64,000 nt of DNA from Takakia lepidozioides. Taxonomy: Eukaryota > Plantae > Bryophyta. Location: positions 3,162,001-3,226,000 of the forward strand of contig CM060733.1 of NCBI GenBank assembly GCA_030704615.1, read 5' to 3'. Position 1 is the first letter of the stretch, and each line of letters opens with the position of its first letter. Under the pieces are notes generated by a model. The model searched no databases and was not told the origin of the DNA. It saw only the letters and a program-made list of their open reading frames with translations. The translations under genes were made by a program, and so were the position numbers. Shown here one piece after another: positions 1 through 13,394 of this stretch.

Positions 1-752
1 CCCCTGTTCAGTGTGAGCTTTTTAGGGCATGCGATGTGCTTGGATGCTGCGAAAAGTGTTGCTTTCACAAGTGCACCAGTCCTGATCGATCAGGGTTTGA
101 TTCCTGTCTTGCCGGAGAGCTTCGCTACTTTGCATCCTCGTTGCTGTGCTATTTACTCTGTTTTGGAGGACTTTGAGAGGCCCGTGCATGGCTGTGGTGT
201 CCGTAGCTGTGCATCTGATCATTCTCATCAATTCGGACTGTCGTAGCTGGTAGTCAATGGGACGCCAAGTCGTTCGTTGTCATCATCGGAATGGTGGTGT
301 CTTTGCTGGACCACTGAGATTCTGGGGAAGCATTGCGTTCTTTCGGAATAGGAATAGCGCTGGAGAAGGCACCGGACCGCAGTGATCGATTTTTATGGGG
401 TCATATTTGTAAGTAGAGAGTGCAGGCCGAGCAGGAAGCGTAGATCTGGGTTGGATACTGTGGAGGAATCTGGCCTCCCAAGCAGCTTTCAGTGTAGGAT
501 TACCAGCCGGCTTCGACGAGGTCAGTTTATGAATCGGTCGCGACACCAAGGGAACTGCCGATCCGCAGAGAGCAGGCAGGCGACAATCTAAGGGCGTCGA
601 AGCTGCAATCTTGTCACCGATCTGACGAGATTCCCAAGCATAACAAGGGCTGCAGGCAGCTCAAGTCGCAGGGGCATAATCGGCCAACTTAGAAGCACAA
701 TTTCCGTCATATCGATAATTAAATCGCCTGGAGGTGTGTAGACAAAGAAACT

Positions 753-2981
753 ATGGGAAGAGAGGGGGAGTGGTCAGCACCGCAGGGACCACCTGGAGCT
801 CAAAGTACAGGGTATGCAGGACCGGCTTCATATCCAGGGACGCAGTATCCGCAGGGCAGTGGCCTGACCCCGCCAGGTGCCACACAACCGCCCCAGTCTT
901 GGGGGCCTCCTCTAAGAGGGGCAGCCCCATCTCAGGTTGCTGGAGGTCTTCCACCTCCATGGGCTGCTCAAGGGCAGCCGCCACAGTGGGCAGGTCCTCC
1001 TAGTGGAGCAGGTGGTCCTCTGTTCATGCCTTCTGGTCCACCTAATGCAGGTCCCCCTGGGTCGGGACCAATGGGCGTTCGCCCTTACGGACCTCCTCCA
1101 TCAATGGTGGCCGGACAAATGTATGGCGCCGGGCCTCCTCCTCCAAGTGGTTCCTTTAGACCCCCACAACAACAGCCAGGGCCACCGGGGGTACCACAAA
1201 CAGGGCCTACAACCAATGCTGCTCGAGGACCGTCCAATCCTCCTCCAGGTCAGTAGTCTAGACCCTCTAGCAGCATTCAGAGAGATGGAGGTGCAATGCT
1301 CTGTTGCAGAGGCTGTGAATCACCCCTTCTGAGTTTGTGACCGACCCTGCTGCTGGGTGTCTGTCAATTGCTGTTTAGCAGCCAACCTGAGTGGTGTGAA
1401 GCTTGTGATGCTGGACTGATTTGTGGCCTCTAGTTATGGAGTAGAAGATGATCTGTGAATGGAGGTCATAGGGCCTTATTCTGTTTTCGAGCAACTTTTT
1501 TTTTTTCATTACTGCATGCTGGACTCATTAGCATTCCCAAATTCACTGCATCCGTTGCTAGAGTTAAAAAAGGATTATTTGCTATAGCACGTTCTACATT
1601 ACATGTGATAGCACAATTGCATTTCAACACCAAAGTCAATTGTGCAGGATCTCTTGGAACACCTTCAGGGCCGACCCTTGCTGGATACCCACCAAACAGT
1701 GGTCCGGGTGGAGCCAGCAGGCCAATTTTTTCCCAGCCTCTGTTCTCTTCTCCAGTGCCTCAGCCACCAAGGCCTCAGGGTCCTCCGAGCATCTCATCAA
1801 GCAGTCTCTACACACCTGGACCCCCTCAGGCAAATGGCCCATATTCGCAAGGCCAACCCCAGGCACCTCCTTCAAGCAGTCCCTATGCATCTGGCCAACC
1901 CCAAGGCCAGATTCCCCAGCTGTCAGCTCAAGCTCCTCGTCCAGCTATGGGCCCTCCGTCAAATCAGTTCCTGAACCAAAATGCAAACCAGGGACCCTCA
2001 CAATATATGCAGGCACCCTCCCAAGTAGCACCTATTTCCCAACAGTTGCAAGGAATGTCACTTGGACAGCAGATGCAAGGCTCTTTCAATGACCCTTCAG
2101 CTCCCCCAAGCTTCTCTGCGTCAACATTAACTGGCAGTGGACCACCTTCCATGGGTCCGCCAACATGGCAGACACCTCAGAGGCGAGTCTACCCAGATGC
2201 CTATGGTGGCGCACCTCCAACTGTGAGTGTAATTTCTTGAATCTTATTTTGACGGGCGAGGAGCTAGTCACTCCAATTCATCATCATGGCTTTGACCGTT
2301 CCAGTGCTCTCTAGCTCCAGGCATTTATCAAATTGATGGTTAGGGGTCGGTGACTAGCAAAGCTTGATAAGCTGTGAAGATGACAAAGTCTACCTACCAA
2401 TTTGAACTTCAGGATTGCACTTTGAGCAGAATCTTTCCTTGCTAGTTAGCCCTTTGGATTGTCAAAACTTAGGGTTTTGGAGCTTCTGCCTGACGGCTCA
2501 GCTTAGGTCTTAAGGTGCAGGAGATGCAGCTTTATCTTCTTAATAAATCTGTCAAATAGAGTGATAAAGAGCTCCTCTTAAGGAAGGTTTGTGTATTGGG
2601 AGTGTCGAAGCTTTGAAAGTGGAAGTCTAGTGGTGAATCAAACTAATGTCAGAATCAAAAGATTTGAGAATTTCTTTGGGGTGCTGGGTTCATCTTTATG
2701 TGTGAGAATATCCCACTAACTGGATTTGGAGCAATGTGTTCAGAGCTCTATGCCAGCCAGTTCAGGTGCACCCACTCAACAAATGCCACCTGGACCACCC
2801 CATTTTCCTGGGAACATCCCTCCAGGAGTACCAGGAATGTCGCAGCCAGGCTCCCCTGCAGGGGCTCAACCAGGATCTGCAACTTCTCGGATCGACCCAA
2901 ATCAGATTCCTCGACCCCAGCCAACCATAACCTCAGTTACTTTTGAAACCCGCGTTAATGGCCAGGCCAATTTGCCTCCAG

Positions 2982-3017
<36 letters not shown>

Positions 3018-6000
3018 CCCTTTGAGACGGGATTATTGCACGTAAATCTCTTCCTTGCCTTAACCTTTCTGGTGTCTCTTCATCTGTCATCATCCCAGTC
3101 TTTCCCCCTGACTTGCTGTCCTGTCTTTTTGGAAAACAGCCTAAGTCCTCTGCAGATTTTTATTACTGAGTAGGTTGCCACTAACCACAGGATTGTGAAA
3201 ACTTCGTTTTGGACAGAGCATGTTAGGTTGATGTCTTAGCCCAACAGTTGCATGTCCAACCATAGTCCAGCAAAGCATCTCATAGATTTCACATAACAAC
3301 CATTTTTGTTTGTTTGGACAGTCAGCTACAACCAGCTTTATTGTGAGGGACACTGGAAACTGTAGCCCCCATATGATGCGGTGCAGTTTGAATCAGGTAC
3401 GGTGTTTGATTATTTGACGTTTCATTATCTCATACAGTACTAGGTACTCATTCTTGTCAGTTGAGTAGCCAAACTGAATATCTCCATTTTGTGAGGAGAT
3501 ATAACCTGATAGTTGTTTTGTGCATGAAATCCTGGGTGTCTGTTAATTTTCCAGGTTTGATCTCCTAAGGGTTGCAAGTGAATCGCTAATGGTATCCTCT
3601 GTATCCAAGGGTGGTATGATATGCAACTGTTATTCAGAAGAGCAACACTTACACGAAACGTGTTACAACAATGGCTTGTGGCTGCAGATTCCATGCTCAG
3701 CTGATTTGTTAAGTACGTCAGGAATGCCTTTGGTAGTTATGGTGCAGCCCCTAGCACTCCCCCATCCTGCCGAGGAGCCCATCCAGGTGAGGTGCCCTTG
3801 GTATGCAGTGTTCTCTCTGGATACATGTTCGATCTGCTCTGCTAAAGTGTGATACATTGGTTATATATTGAAGTAGACTCGGCGCACTGTTTAGACAGAA
3901 AGTTGCGTGAGGGAGAGATTCGATTTTGTTTGTGGGTGCTGTAGTGGTCTTGTCCAGGTTTTCATGGGCAGAAATGGTTGTGCACTAAGCACTCAGTCAA
4001 ATGTGTGCAGATAGAAGTTTTCATTCTCTGCCATGTGGCTGTAAAGCCTATGTCCACATTGGGGGATTAAAGAAAGACGGTTATGCGAAATGTGGAGTAC
4101 AATATGCATGCATGTAGGGTGTGATAGCTTATATGTGAAGGATGGAGGTTGTGGTCGGGGCAGATAGTAGATTTTGGTGAAGTTGGACCTGTTCGTTGTT
4201 CAGCAGCTCACTGCAAAGCCTACATCAATCCCTTCATGAAATTTATCGACCAGGGTCGTCGCTTCACCTGCAATTTGTGTGGTACGGGCTTCCGTTTAGA
4301 CTATGTCATCTTGAAAAGTGCTTTTGCCACTGTTTCATGGAGAGAGAGGGAGAGAAATTCACACATATGCAGATGACCAATTGTACGTATGTTGAATCAA
4401 TTTGCACCAGGTCATAACAATGAAACACCCAGGGACTATCAGTGCAATTTGGGACCTGATGGAAAAAGGCGTGATGCGGACTTGAGGCCGGAGCTCTCTA
4501 AAGGCACAGTTGAGTTTGTAGCACCGAAAGAGTATATGGTATGTGTTGCCGGATCCCCTGTTGGTATTTTCATCTTCCGTCTAGCGGCAGCCTTTCAGTA
4601 ATCAAGACAATTATATTGCAAAAGCATCAACAATGTTCATTCACTCACTAGGTGTCAGCTAAGCAAGGGACTTGATAACTCATTATTCAACATGGATTGC
4701 GCTCCTAGACTCCATCTACTTCCTCAGATTTGGAAATGCCAAGAACTAGAAGTCTCCCCTATTTGAATGGTATGCTTAGTAACTGATGCTTGCTCCTTGT
4801 TGTGTACTAGAGTGAGAATCCTCTCTGTGATTCTTCGATCAATGTTGTATAGGTTGAAGAAGGCTGTGCCAATATTGCACTTTTTACAGTTTTATTGATG
4901 AATCTTCACTGGAGTGATGCAGGTCCGGCCTCCGATGCCTGCAGTGTTTTTCTTCCTGATAGATGTATCACTTACAGCAATCCAAACAGGGGCTGTGGTG
5001 GCAGCTTGCAGTGCTATTAATCGTGCGCTTGCAGACCTTCCGGTGAGTTGTCTCCCTCTTATCTTTCAAGGCCTTTCTGCCCGTCACTAACAAGGGCCAT
5101 GTGTCAAGCATTTGGGAATAACTCAACAGTAAAATTCTTGCTCCAAAAGGAAAGAGTAGGCAGGACTCTTAGTCTATTGAGCTTCTTACATTGTGGATAC
5201 TGTGGGTTTATCTGATGGACAGGAGGGGCCTAACACAAGGGTCGGGATTGCTACGTTTGACTCAACAATTCACTTCTACAACCTCAACAAGACCCTGCAA
5301 ACGGTTTGAAAATGCCATTTCATTGACCTTGAGTGATCGAGTGTGTGAAAGAGAGAATGTATTCACTAGATGTTGTTTGCTGTAGGCTTGTAGCCATAGA
5401 CCCTGTGCCCAGTTTGGGTGGAACATAAAGGAACAGACACTACCTTTGTGAGGGGCTCACTCCAGCAGTGGGACTTGCTGTGAAATAAATAATGTTCGGG
5501 CTTTCCAGATTTTCGTCTAGAGGCAGAGATCCTTCCAAATTCTTTTTTCTGGCATTTCATGGAGAAATGGATGGATTGGTGGTTGCAGCCGTCAATGCTA
5601 GTGGTTCCAGACATTCAAGATGTGTACACTCCTCTTCAAAATGATCTTATTGTTCCTCTTTCCGAGGTGGGTACGTGTTTCATGCTGATGTTTCCCTTTG
5701 CCTAGTGATAGTTTGGTGATTCTTTGCTCAACAACATAGACCGTTGCTACCTTCACTATACTCTGGGCCCGTTATACTGCAATGTGCGTGGGGGTTGCAG
5801 AGATACTAACTCATCTGCCAGCCCTTGTGAAACACCTGTTGAACTCTTCTCAATTCTGTAGACTAATGTTAAGCTACAACACCATCCAGAGAAAGCCATC
5901 TATTTCTTAGGGCCCTTCCTCATATATAGAATTCATGGGCTTGCTATTTCTCTTTCATACTCTGAAAGTTTGGATGGTTTGACTGTGATTTATCTTGGGG

Positions 6001-9000
6001 ACTAGGGTCGTGAGCATCTGGAGCAACTGTTGGAAAGTATTCCTAGCATGTTCCAAAACAATCGTGTTACAGAATCCGCCTTTGGTGCTGCCATAAAGGT
6101 TGGTTCTTGGCAGATGGACTTAAGCTAGTCTTTTCAAAAATGTTTGCAGTGTAGAAAATGAGGTATCTCTTGTATTACTCTTGAGTGCTACAGTTCTTGA
6201 CATGCAATGGATTGTTATTGTTCTGCTGGGCCAGGGGGGTTATCTAGCTATGAAGTCAACAGGAGGAAAGCTCTTTGTTTTCCAAACAGGTTCGGTTATT
6301 GTAACTGAGAGTAACTGAGAGGTCACATATCTGTTGTCCCAAAGGAGGTTAAATGGCCAACCTTTCAGCTTGTGTTCGGCACATGCCATGTTTATTTGTA
6401 ACTCAAGTGGTTCAAATGTTGTCCTCAATAAACTACAAGGGGAGAAACACTTGATGCTCTTCAGTTAGGTAGTGTGGAAGAATATGCTTTCACGGATTCT
6501 TTGTTTGGGACATGATAAAGCAAATGAAGGGAATCGCATTTGAGTTCTTGATTGTGATTCGTACTGCAATTTTGTGGACATGTGGTGTTAATTGGGTGTT
6601 TGATGCTTGTCGGACACACCCATTCTTTTGTCCAATGAAGATATGATCATCTGAAACCTGTCCCAGGCAACATGGAATGAATCTCACAGCTACATATGGG
6701 ACTGTCTGCAGTTTTACCATCGGTCGGAATTGGTGCATTGACTGCAAGAGAAGGAGAAAGCAAGGTTGGAGAAAAGGTGGGGCTTGCTTCATACTCATTC
6801 CTTTATTGATCTTTCTATATCTGTTGCATCCTTCTCTAGTTCCTGGATGCGAAGCATGGGTGAGATATTTAAAACTTAAATTGAGCAAGGGGTTGGGGGG
6901 GGGCTGGGAAGGAGGGACAGCACGGGGTGCACTCCTGTTGTATGTAATGCTCAACTCGGCATTTTGTGAGACACATTTATTTTCCGTCTGGTAATTGTGG
7001 GGATTTGCGAGACAGGAGGCACAGAAGCTCATGCAGCCATCTGATAAAACATTGAAGACCATGGCAATTGAATTTGCCGAATTTCAGGTGCGTTTCACAC
7101 GGTTGTTTTGGTCTTTTATTTGCTCGTTCACCATTTGGCAGTTCCTTTTCTTTCTGCGGTCTGGCGGTGATGTATCAACATTCATATTTTAGGAACCCCC
7201 AATGGCATGGTTTATCCATTTGCAATCTATCAGAATGCCTATCAGTGTGCTTAAGAGTGTCTGGTTTTGTGGCAGGTGTGCGTGGATTTGTTTCTTATGT
7301 CACAAAATTACGTTGACATTGCGTCGATTGGTGTAGTACCACGAACAACAGGAGGCCAGGTTTGTGCGTTCACTGGCATTGTTTGTTGGTTTTCATGCAG
7401 GAGGAGGTATCTGGTTCTTCCATTAGTAGGCTGAATTTATATTTCTGCTGGCTGTTGTCAGACTCCCCCCCCTCATTCCTTTGTGCTTTTGTTCTCTGCT
7501 CTCTTCTGGTGCATTCACGTCACATACTTTGACTGTTATGAGTCAACAAAGCACACAGATACTGATACATAGAGGGCTGGTGCTGAATGTGTGAAGCAGA
7601 TCTATTACTACCATCCATTTCATGCCAGCGTGGACTCAGCAAAGCTATACAACGATTTGCGGTGGAATGTGACACGGCCGCAGGCCCTGGAGGCTGTTAT
7701 GCGCGTTCGATGTAGTCAGGTTCTAAATGTCTCGGTCACCTTGTCTTATTGCCTGTGGCATTAGAAAGTTTCTATGTTTTCTCTCATGATAACTCCCTAT
7801 ATTCTCCAGAATCGACACGGCCACATTTGTCATATTAAGTCAGGGGGGCTATAGCAGCAGTGCTGGATCGAACCTCATAAGTATGAAGCTAATGCCAGCA
7901 TACAGAAAAACATACATGAGTTCCTGTAGTCAATTAATTGTGGCTGTTTGAGAGTGCTATGGCAAATTCAAGGATGTAGAACACTCTGTTGACGGGAATG
8001 TTCGATGGGCACCTCTCTATTGGTAGTAAAGGTTCTGAGGGAATCGAGAGGAATACTGGCTTGAAAGCCTCCCTGGTGAGTTGCTTTATTTACTACTTGA
8101 TGTATGCTAAGAGAAAACTTCTGGGGTCCCATGGATGCAGGGCTTACAAGTGCAGGAGTATTTTGGCAACTTTTGTAAGCGCAACCCAACTGATGTTGAT
8201 CTCCCAGCAGTAAGTTAGGGATGGGATTGCCCTTCTCTCTCCTTCCTGATCTCTCTTTGGTTTTGACCTAAAGACTAGAGGAAGTGCTCGCATGGTCAAT
8301 GTGGTGGTAGCCCAGTGGTTAGGGCATAATACCATCTCACTAGTGGTTGTGGGTTATGTATGTTGGATGTCATAAAGGTGTCCACCTTCGCTTCGGAAGG
8401 CAGTAGCCCTTCGGGGTCAAGTGACACCATATGTTACGCTTGCTTCGGCAAGAGTCCACATTTATTTTTAGTTTATTTATATATTTTTTCAATGTTGTTG
8501 ATGGTTTTGGTGTGCAGATTGACTGTGACAAGACAATTATGGTCACATTCAAGCATGACGATAAGTTTCAAGATGGATCGGAATGCTGCTTTCAGGTTTG
8601 GCTTTTAATACAGCACTCACAATCACAGTTTGACGTCTGGTTGCTACTTGTCCGTTGTATAATCCATTGCACAGTGCAGAATCTCATACACAGCATGCCC
8701 AGTTTCAGTTTGAGCTGTACTTTCTAGTTCTTTCTCCATCTGCAAGCATGTGATGGCTTACCTCTGTCCAAAATTCATGTTTTAGTGGTCTCAAATTCCG
8801 CCCTCTGATGGGAAGCATTGTTTTGGGTGGTCATCCTTCTGACCCCCAACTGGTGTTCAATCTTGAAGTTCTTGCCACCCCAGCAATGCTCATTAAACCA
8901 TCATGATTCTCCCCTGCTTGTTTTTATCAAAAGTCAGCAGGACCCCTCCAACAGTCCTTATTTTTTGATGGGACAAACTCAAGCTCTTCAGTTTCTGATG

Positions 9001-11808
9001 CTAAATTGTTGTTTGCCCATTCTGGGTCTTTGGATGTGAGACAGAGTGCTCTGCTATATACAACCACGAATGGGCAACGACGCATTCGTGTGAACACATT
9101 GTCCCTCTCTTGCACCACCATTCTCAGCAACCTTTTCCGGGGGGCAGACTTGGATGCACAGTTCACGTACTTCTTGAAGCAGGGTATCTTTCCGGTGCTC
9201 TGCTTCTGATTCTATTAGTTATTGGTGAGACGCTGTTGTCTTTTGCAATTTAGGTGAATTATGAGTCGGGTTCAGGGATTGGCAAGGCTACTCATTTACA
9301 TGATTCCATGCATGAGTGTTTGAATACAATGTTTCGTTACTTTTTTGGTGCGTGGGTAATGTGACAGCTGCCCAAGATGTGCCAACTACACCACTGGTTC
9401 AAGTCAGGGACCATATGACAGGGCAGTGTGTTACCATACTATACACCTATCGCAAGTTTTGTGCTACTGCATCGTCATCTGGACAACTCATCCTTCCCGA
9501 GGCCCTCAAGCTCTTGCCTCTTTACACTCTGGGTATGTATTATTAGCTTTTTCTTCTCCTTCATGCGTATGTCAACTTGTCCACTCTGCTTTCACCAGTT
9601 TGACAAGCAGTGCCACATGTGACAGATCTGTATCAGCAGCGGTCTATAGCAGCTGTGCTGGAATATTCATGCATTCTAGTACACTATACATTGCACCCTC
9701 CAGTCCAGTTTCAATACAGATCCGTACATCAAGCTCTTGTGTCTCGCAGAGGTTTGCAAGGGAATCTGGGGATGGTTATCTCATCATATTTTCTGTTTTG
9801 CTGATGGCAGCTTTGACAAAGAGTGTGGGACTGCGATCGGATATGCGGATTGATGAGCGCTCATACTGGCTTACCCGGGTTGCATCACTGCCGACGTCAC
9901 TAGCCATCCCTCTTGTCTATCCCCAAATGTTTGCGGTTCATAACCTTCCATCCAGGGTATTGTCCTTTCCCTAAGAAATGTGACATCTTGTGTTGTTTGT
10001 TCTATTGTCACGTCTTCCTTCTCATTCTCTTGCAGGCTTGAACAAATGTGAGAGTTGTCATCCTAATTTCCAAATGCATCAGAGCTTTCATGGGATTTCT
10101 GGAAGGGTAGGTTCTCTGGTATACCAGATTGAAAGGTAGGCAATGAGTATTGACAATGATTAACGCCAATATTGTCTGTTGATTGTAGGAAGCCTTGCGA
10201 GGTGCAATATTGCCACCGGTGGTACCTCTGTCTAGTGAGAATTTGGAGCATGATGGCATCTTTCTGATGGAGACTGGGGAGGATGCCTTTCTATATGCAG
10301 GCAAACAAGCATCTCCAGAAATCCTGCACAAACTGTTTGGTGTACACTCTGTCGACGAGGTTGTGCCTGGGCAGGTCAGCGCCTATGATGCTCGTTTCCC
10401 TCCATAGCATACTGTATTGGTTGAGGATGTTAGTACCGTGCCCATGTTGATGCTCATTTGGCTTCTGAAGTCGTAAGCATGTGTGAAGATTCACTACATT
10501 GTTGTCCCTCCTGCCCTGAGCTTTGTATAGGGTGAGCAGTATACCCCTGCCGAATGTGGCAGTAATGATGGTTTAGCCAACTTGCTCTTTTTTTGCCAAA
10601 AATGCACTAGATTGGTCGTGTCAAGCCTATTGAGATTGTTGGAGAGTTTGAAAGAAAGGTTGACAATATATTGGGAAGTTTCTGTCTTGATCATGCCACC
10701 TGGGAAATAGGAGGCACATGGGGTGAGACAACATAATTCTGATTCCACATTTCGTCTGATGTTTGGAGATGCAGTTTTTGCTTCAAGAGTATGATAATGA
10801 CTTGTCCAGAAGGCTTAATGAAGTTGTAAATGAGATCCGGCGCCAACGGTGCTCTTACTTGCGGTAACTTATCTTCCCCTGTTCCTCTTCATACTGATTT
10901 GGTACTTGAAATCAACAATCCATTATGCACTCAAAATTAAGGTAATTCAATAGCTGGTTTTTGACAGGAGTGGTTGTGTTCCCTCTGCAGATTGCATCTG
11001 TTGAAGAGAGGAGATCCTCGAGGTAAGCTTCTTTGCATTCCAGTTCTCCTTTTCCATTCAAACCGTATGATTACAAGGTGATAATCAGTATTAGTGAGGG
11101 TGTGGCGTCTTGATAGCCATCCCGAGGTGACCACAAGGCTTTCAATCCTCATGTCAGTGTGAGATCTGAATTTCAGTCAACCAAATTGTTGAAGGGTTAG
11201 TTTTGTACCTGGTTGGTGAAAATCTGGTAGTCTCTTGTACGTGGCATAGGGTCATACTGTAAATGGCACTGAAGGAATGTCTACTGGAGAAACTATTCCC
11301 TAAGCTTCTTCACGGCCTTGCTGAAACACGGTAGAGAAGTTGATATAGAGAGGATGGTGCCTGTCTCTGGACAGTAATCGAATTCAGCTGGTGAAAAGCA
11401 CACCACCTATGGGGCATAATGGTGATGACTGATTTCTGGGCATCAGATTTCTGGACTCTTTAAAAGAATCAAGCAGAATCACTGCAGTCAGTTCTTCCGT
11501 AGTTTGAGCATTTCAAGACCACATTGAAAGCTGGTCTGATTCTGGGTGAATGCTGGCATCAAACCTCCCTATTATAGACATAATCCGCAGAAAAGAAAAC
11601 AGAGATGTAGCTCCATGGGGATTAGTCCAATGAGTGCATGAAGGGAGATGAACTTCTGTTTTGACTTCAAGATCTGATGGGAGTTGTGGTATGACATGCA
11701 GAGCTGCTGTTCTTCTCATTTTTGGTGGAAGACAAAACATCATTGGGGGTTTCATATGTTGAGTTTTTGGTCCATGTTCATAGGCAAATTCAAAATAGAA
11801 TGTCATAA
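753..11808 (+). CDS. SEC24: COPII coat subunit Sec24 (SEC24B/C, CEF-like), 25 coding exons
   Basis: ATG 753. Pro/Gly/Gln-rich N-terminal exons 753-1248, 1648-2222 and 2744-2980 (SRIDPNQIPRP). In-phase GT-AG exons then give VRDTGNCSP, IPCSADLLSTSGMPLVVMVQPLA, the Zn finger (RC..HCKAYINPF...FTCNLC), RPELSKGTVEFVAPKEYM, the trunk FFLIDVS, EAVMRVRCSQG and GQLILPEALKLLPLY. The last exon 11702-11808 reads ...SYVEFLVHVHRQIQNRMS*. Confidence 0.95.
2986..3014 (+). repeat. (TC)n microsatellite in SEC24 intron 3
   Basis: Perfect TC run directly after the donor GTATG. Confidence 0.95.
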
Positions 11809-13394
11809 GTGGCCCGCTTTAGGGCCACCTTTTCTCATCTGCCCTCCCCCACGACCTTTTGTTTACTTCCATGTTGTTGATTTGAAACTTACAAGGTGCA
11901 GTATTTGCATCTTGTACCAAAAGTGTGGATGCAGTGTGGCTTTCACCCGCCATTGTTTTCATCCTATCTGGATCAGTCAGGCTTGAATTATACTTTTAAG
12001 AGGGTGGACGGTAACTGTAGCTCTCAGATGGTCTTTTATCCCATCTGTGCTTTATGTGTTTGCATCACTGTACACTCTCTGCATAACCCCCACTCGATTC
12101 CATACAGAGTGAAAAAACAACCTTTGTCTCATTGAATAGCTCAATTGTTTGAGCTTATCATGGTGTGTTGTCTCCCCTGCCCCCCCACAAGTGGAAAATG
12201 GTGACTGTATTTGTGATGCTAGCCTAAATTAATTTGCAGTGTAGATTCTTTGGGTGTTAGTAGTGTTGTCACAACTTATGTAAGCCGTTGGCAAACCAAG
12301 CATTGCCGTTCACTTTTCTCGCACTCACAGAATGGGAGGTTTGTCTGAATACTATCACCGCAACACAAACATGTTCTTACTCCAGACAAGTGAAACTGTG
12401 AGATCCACTATGAAGAGGCCGGCCTCCGGTTCATTGTTGTGGCAGTTAGTTCTTGCAGAGAAAATGTGATCAGCTGAAGTCCGGCGGGAGTGCAGCTATC
12501 CCGGGATTGCAAGATTCCATTAGGCCCAAACGAGCTGTGACGAGACTGCTGATGAGCGTATCACTCTCTTTCTCACTATCTTCTGCGATGAGAGAACGCA
12601 TGATGTGAACCTCTCATCTCTCTCTCTCTAAAGCTTGGGATGTATGCCTCGCTCTGTCCCGCACTTATGGATAGTGGATCTCACAGTTTCATTTGTCAGG
12701 GTTTAGGGTTCAATGCTTTGGGGGGAGGACGGTGAAAGAGAAAGTACGCGTACACCACCCGCACAAGCACATGAGGGTTTTTCAAGTATGGAAGGGAGGC
12801 TGCGATGTTGGGAGAGATTGGTCGATTCAGGAAATTCGTGTTATTATTTGGAAGACAAATTTGGTCGCTAGGAGCTTAAGTCATGCATGTGTGCAGTTTC
12901 GTTCTGCAGCTGAAGACAATGCTGATGGCACGGAAGCAGGGTTTGGGCCCTTCGGAATCCTCCTCACCACTATCGTAACAGGCACAGTATAAGTTCTTTT
13001 TGAAGAGGCCAAAATGAGCAGGGCATCAAATTCATGTGTGGTGGGATTTGGGTTCTGTTGCGGCTCCTTCAAGAATGCCGGAAACATGGGTTCTGTTTCT
13101 TCTCTTCGATCAAACTGGTTCCTTTATTGGACCACACAATCTCACCGCAGTTCTTTACATCTGCATTTGGATAATAATCGGTCCCGCCTCAAAAACGGTA
13201 ATCTTCATTGATTCCTAAGTAGTTACTGATTAAGTGTTGCTGCAGATGTTCTTGCAAACTTGGCATCAGTATCTTATCCTGTTGTGATGGATGGCCATGT
13301 TGGTTGATCCTGTTAATTTCAGTCAGTTTTTCCTGATCAATTGTTTTTTCTGGGGTGGTCACGCTGGGTACCAGCACGCTTATCTCGCTGCACA

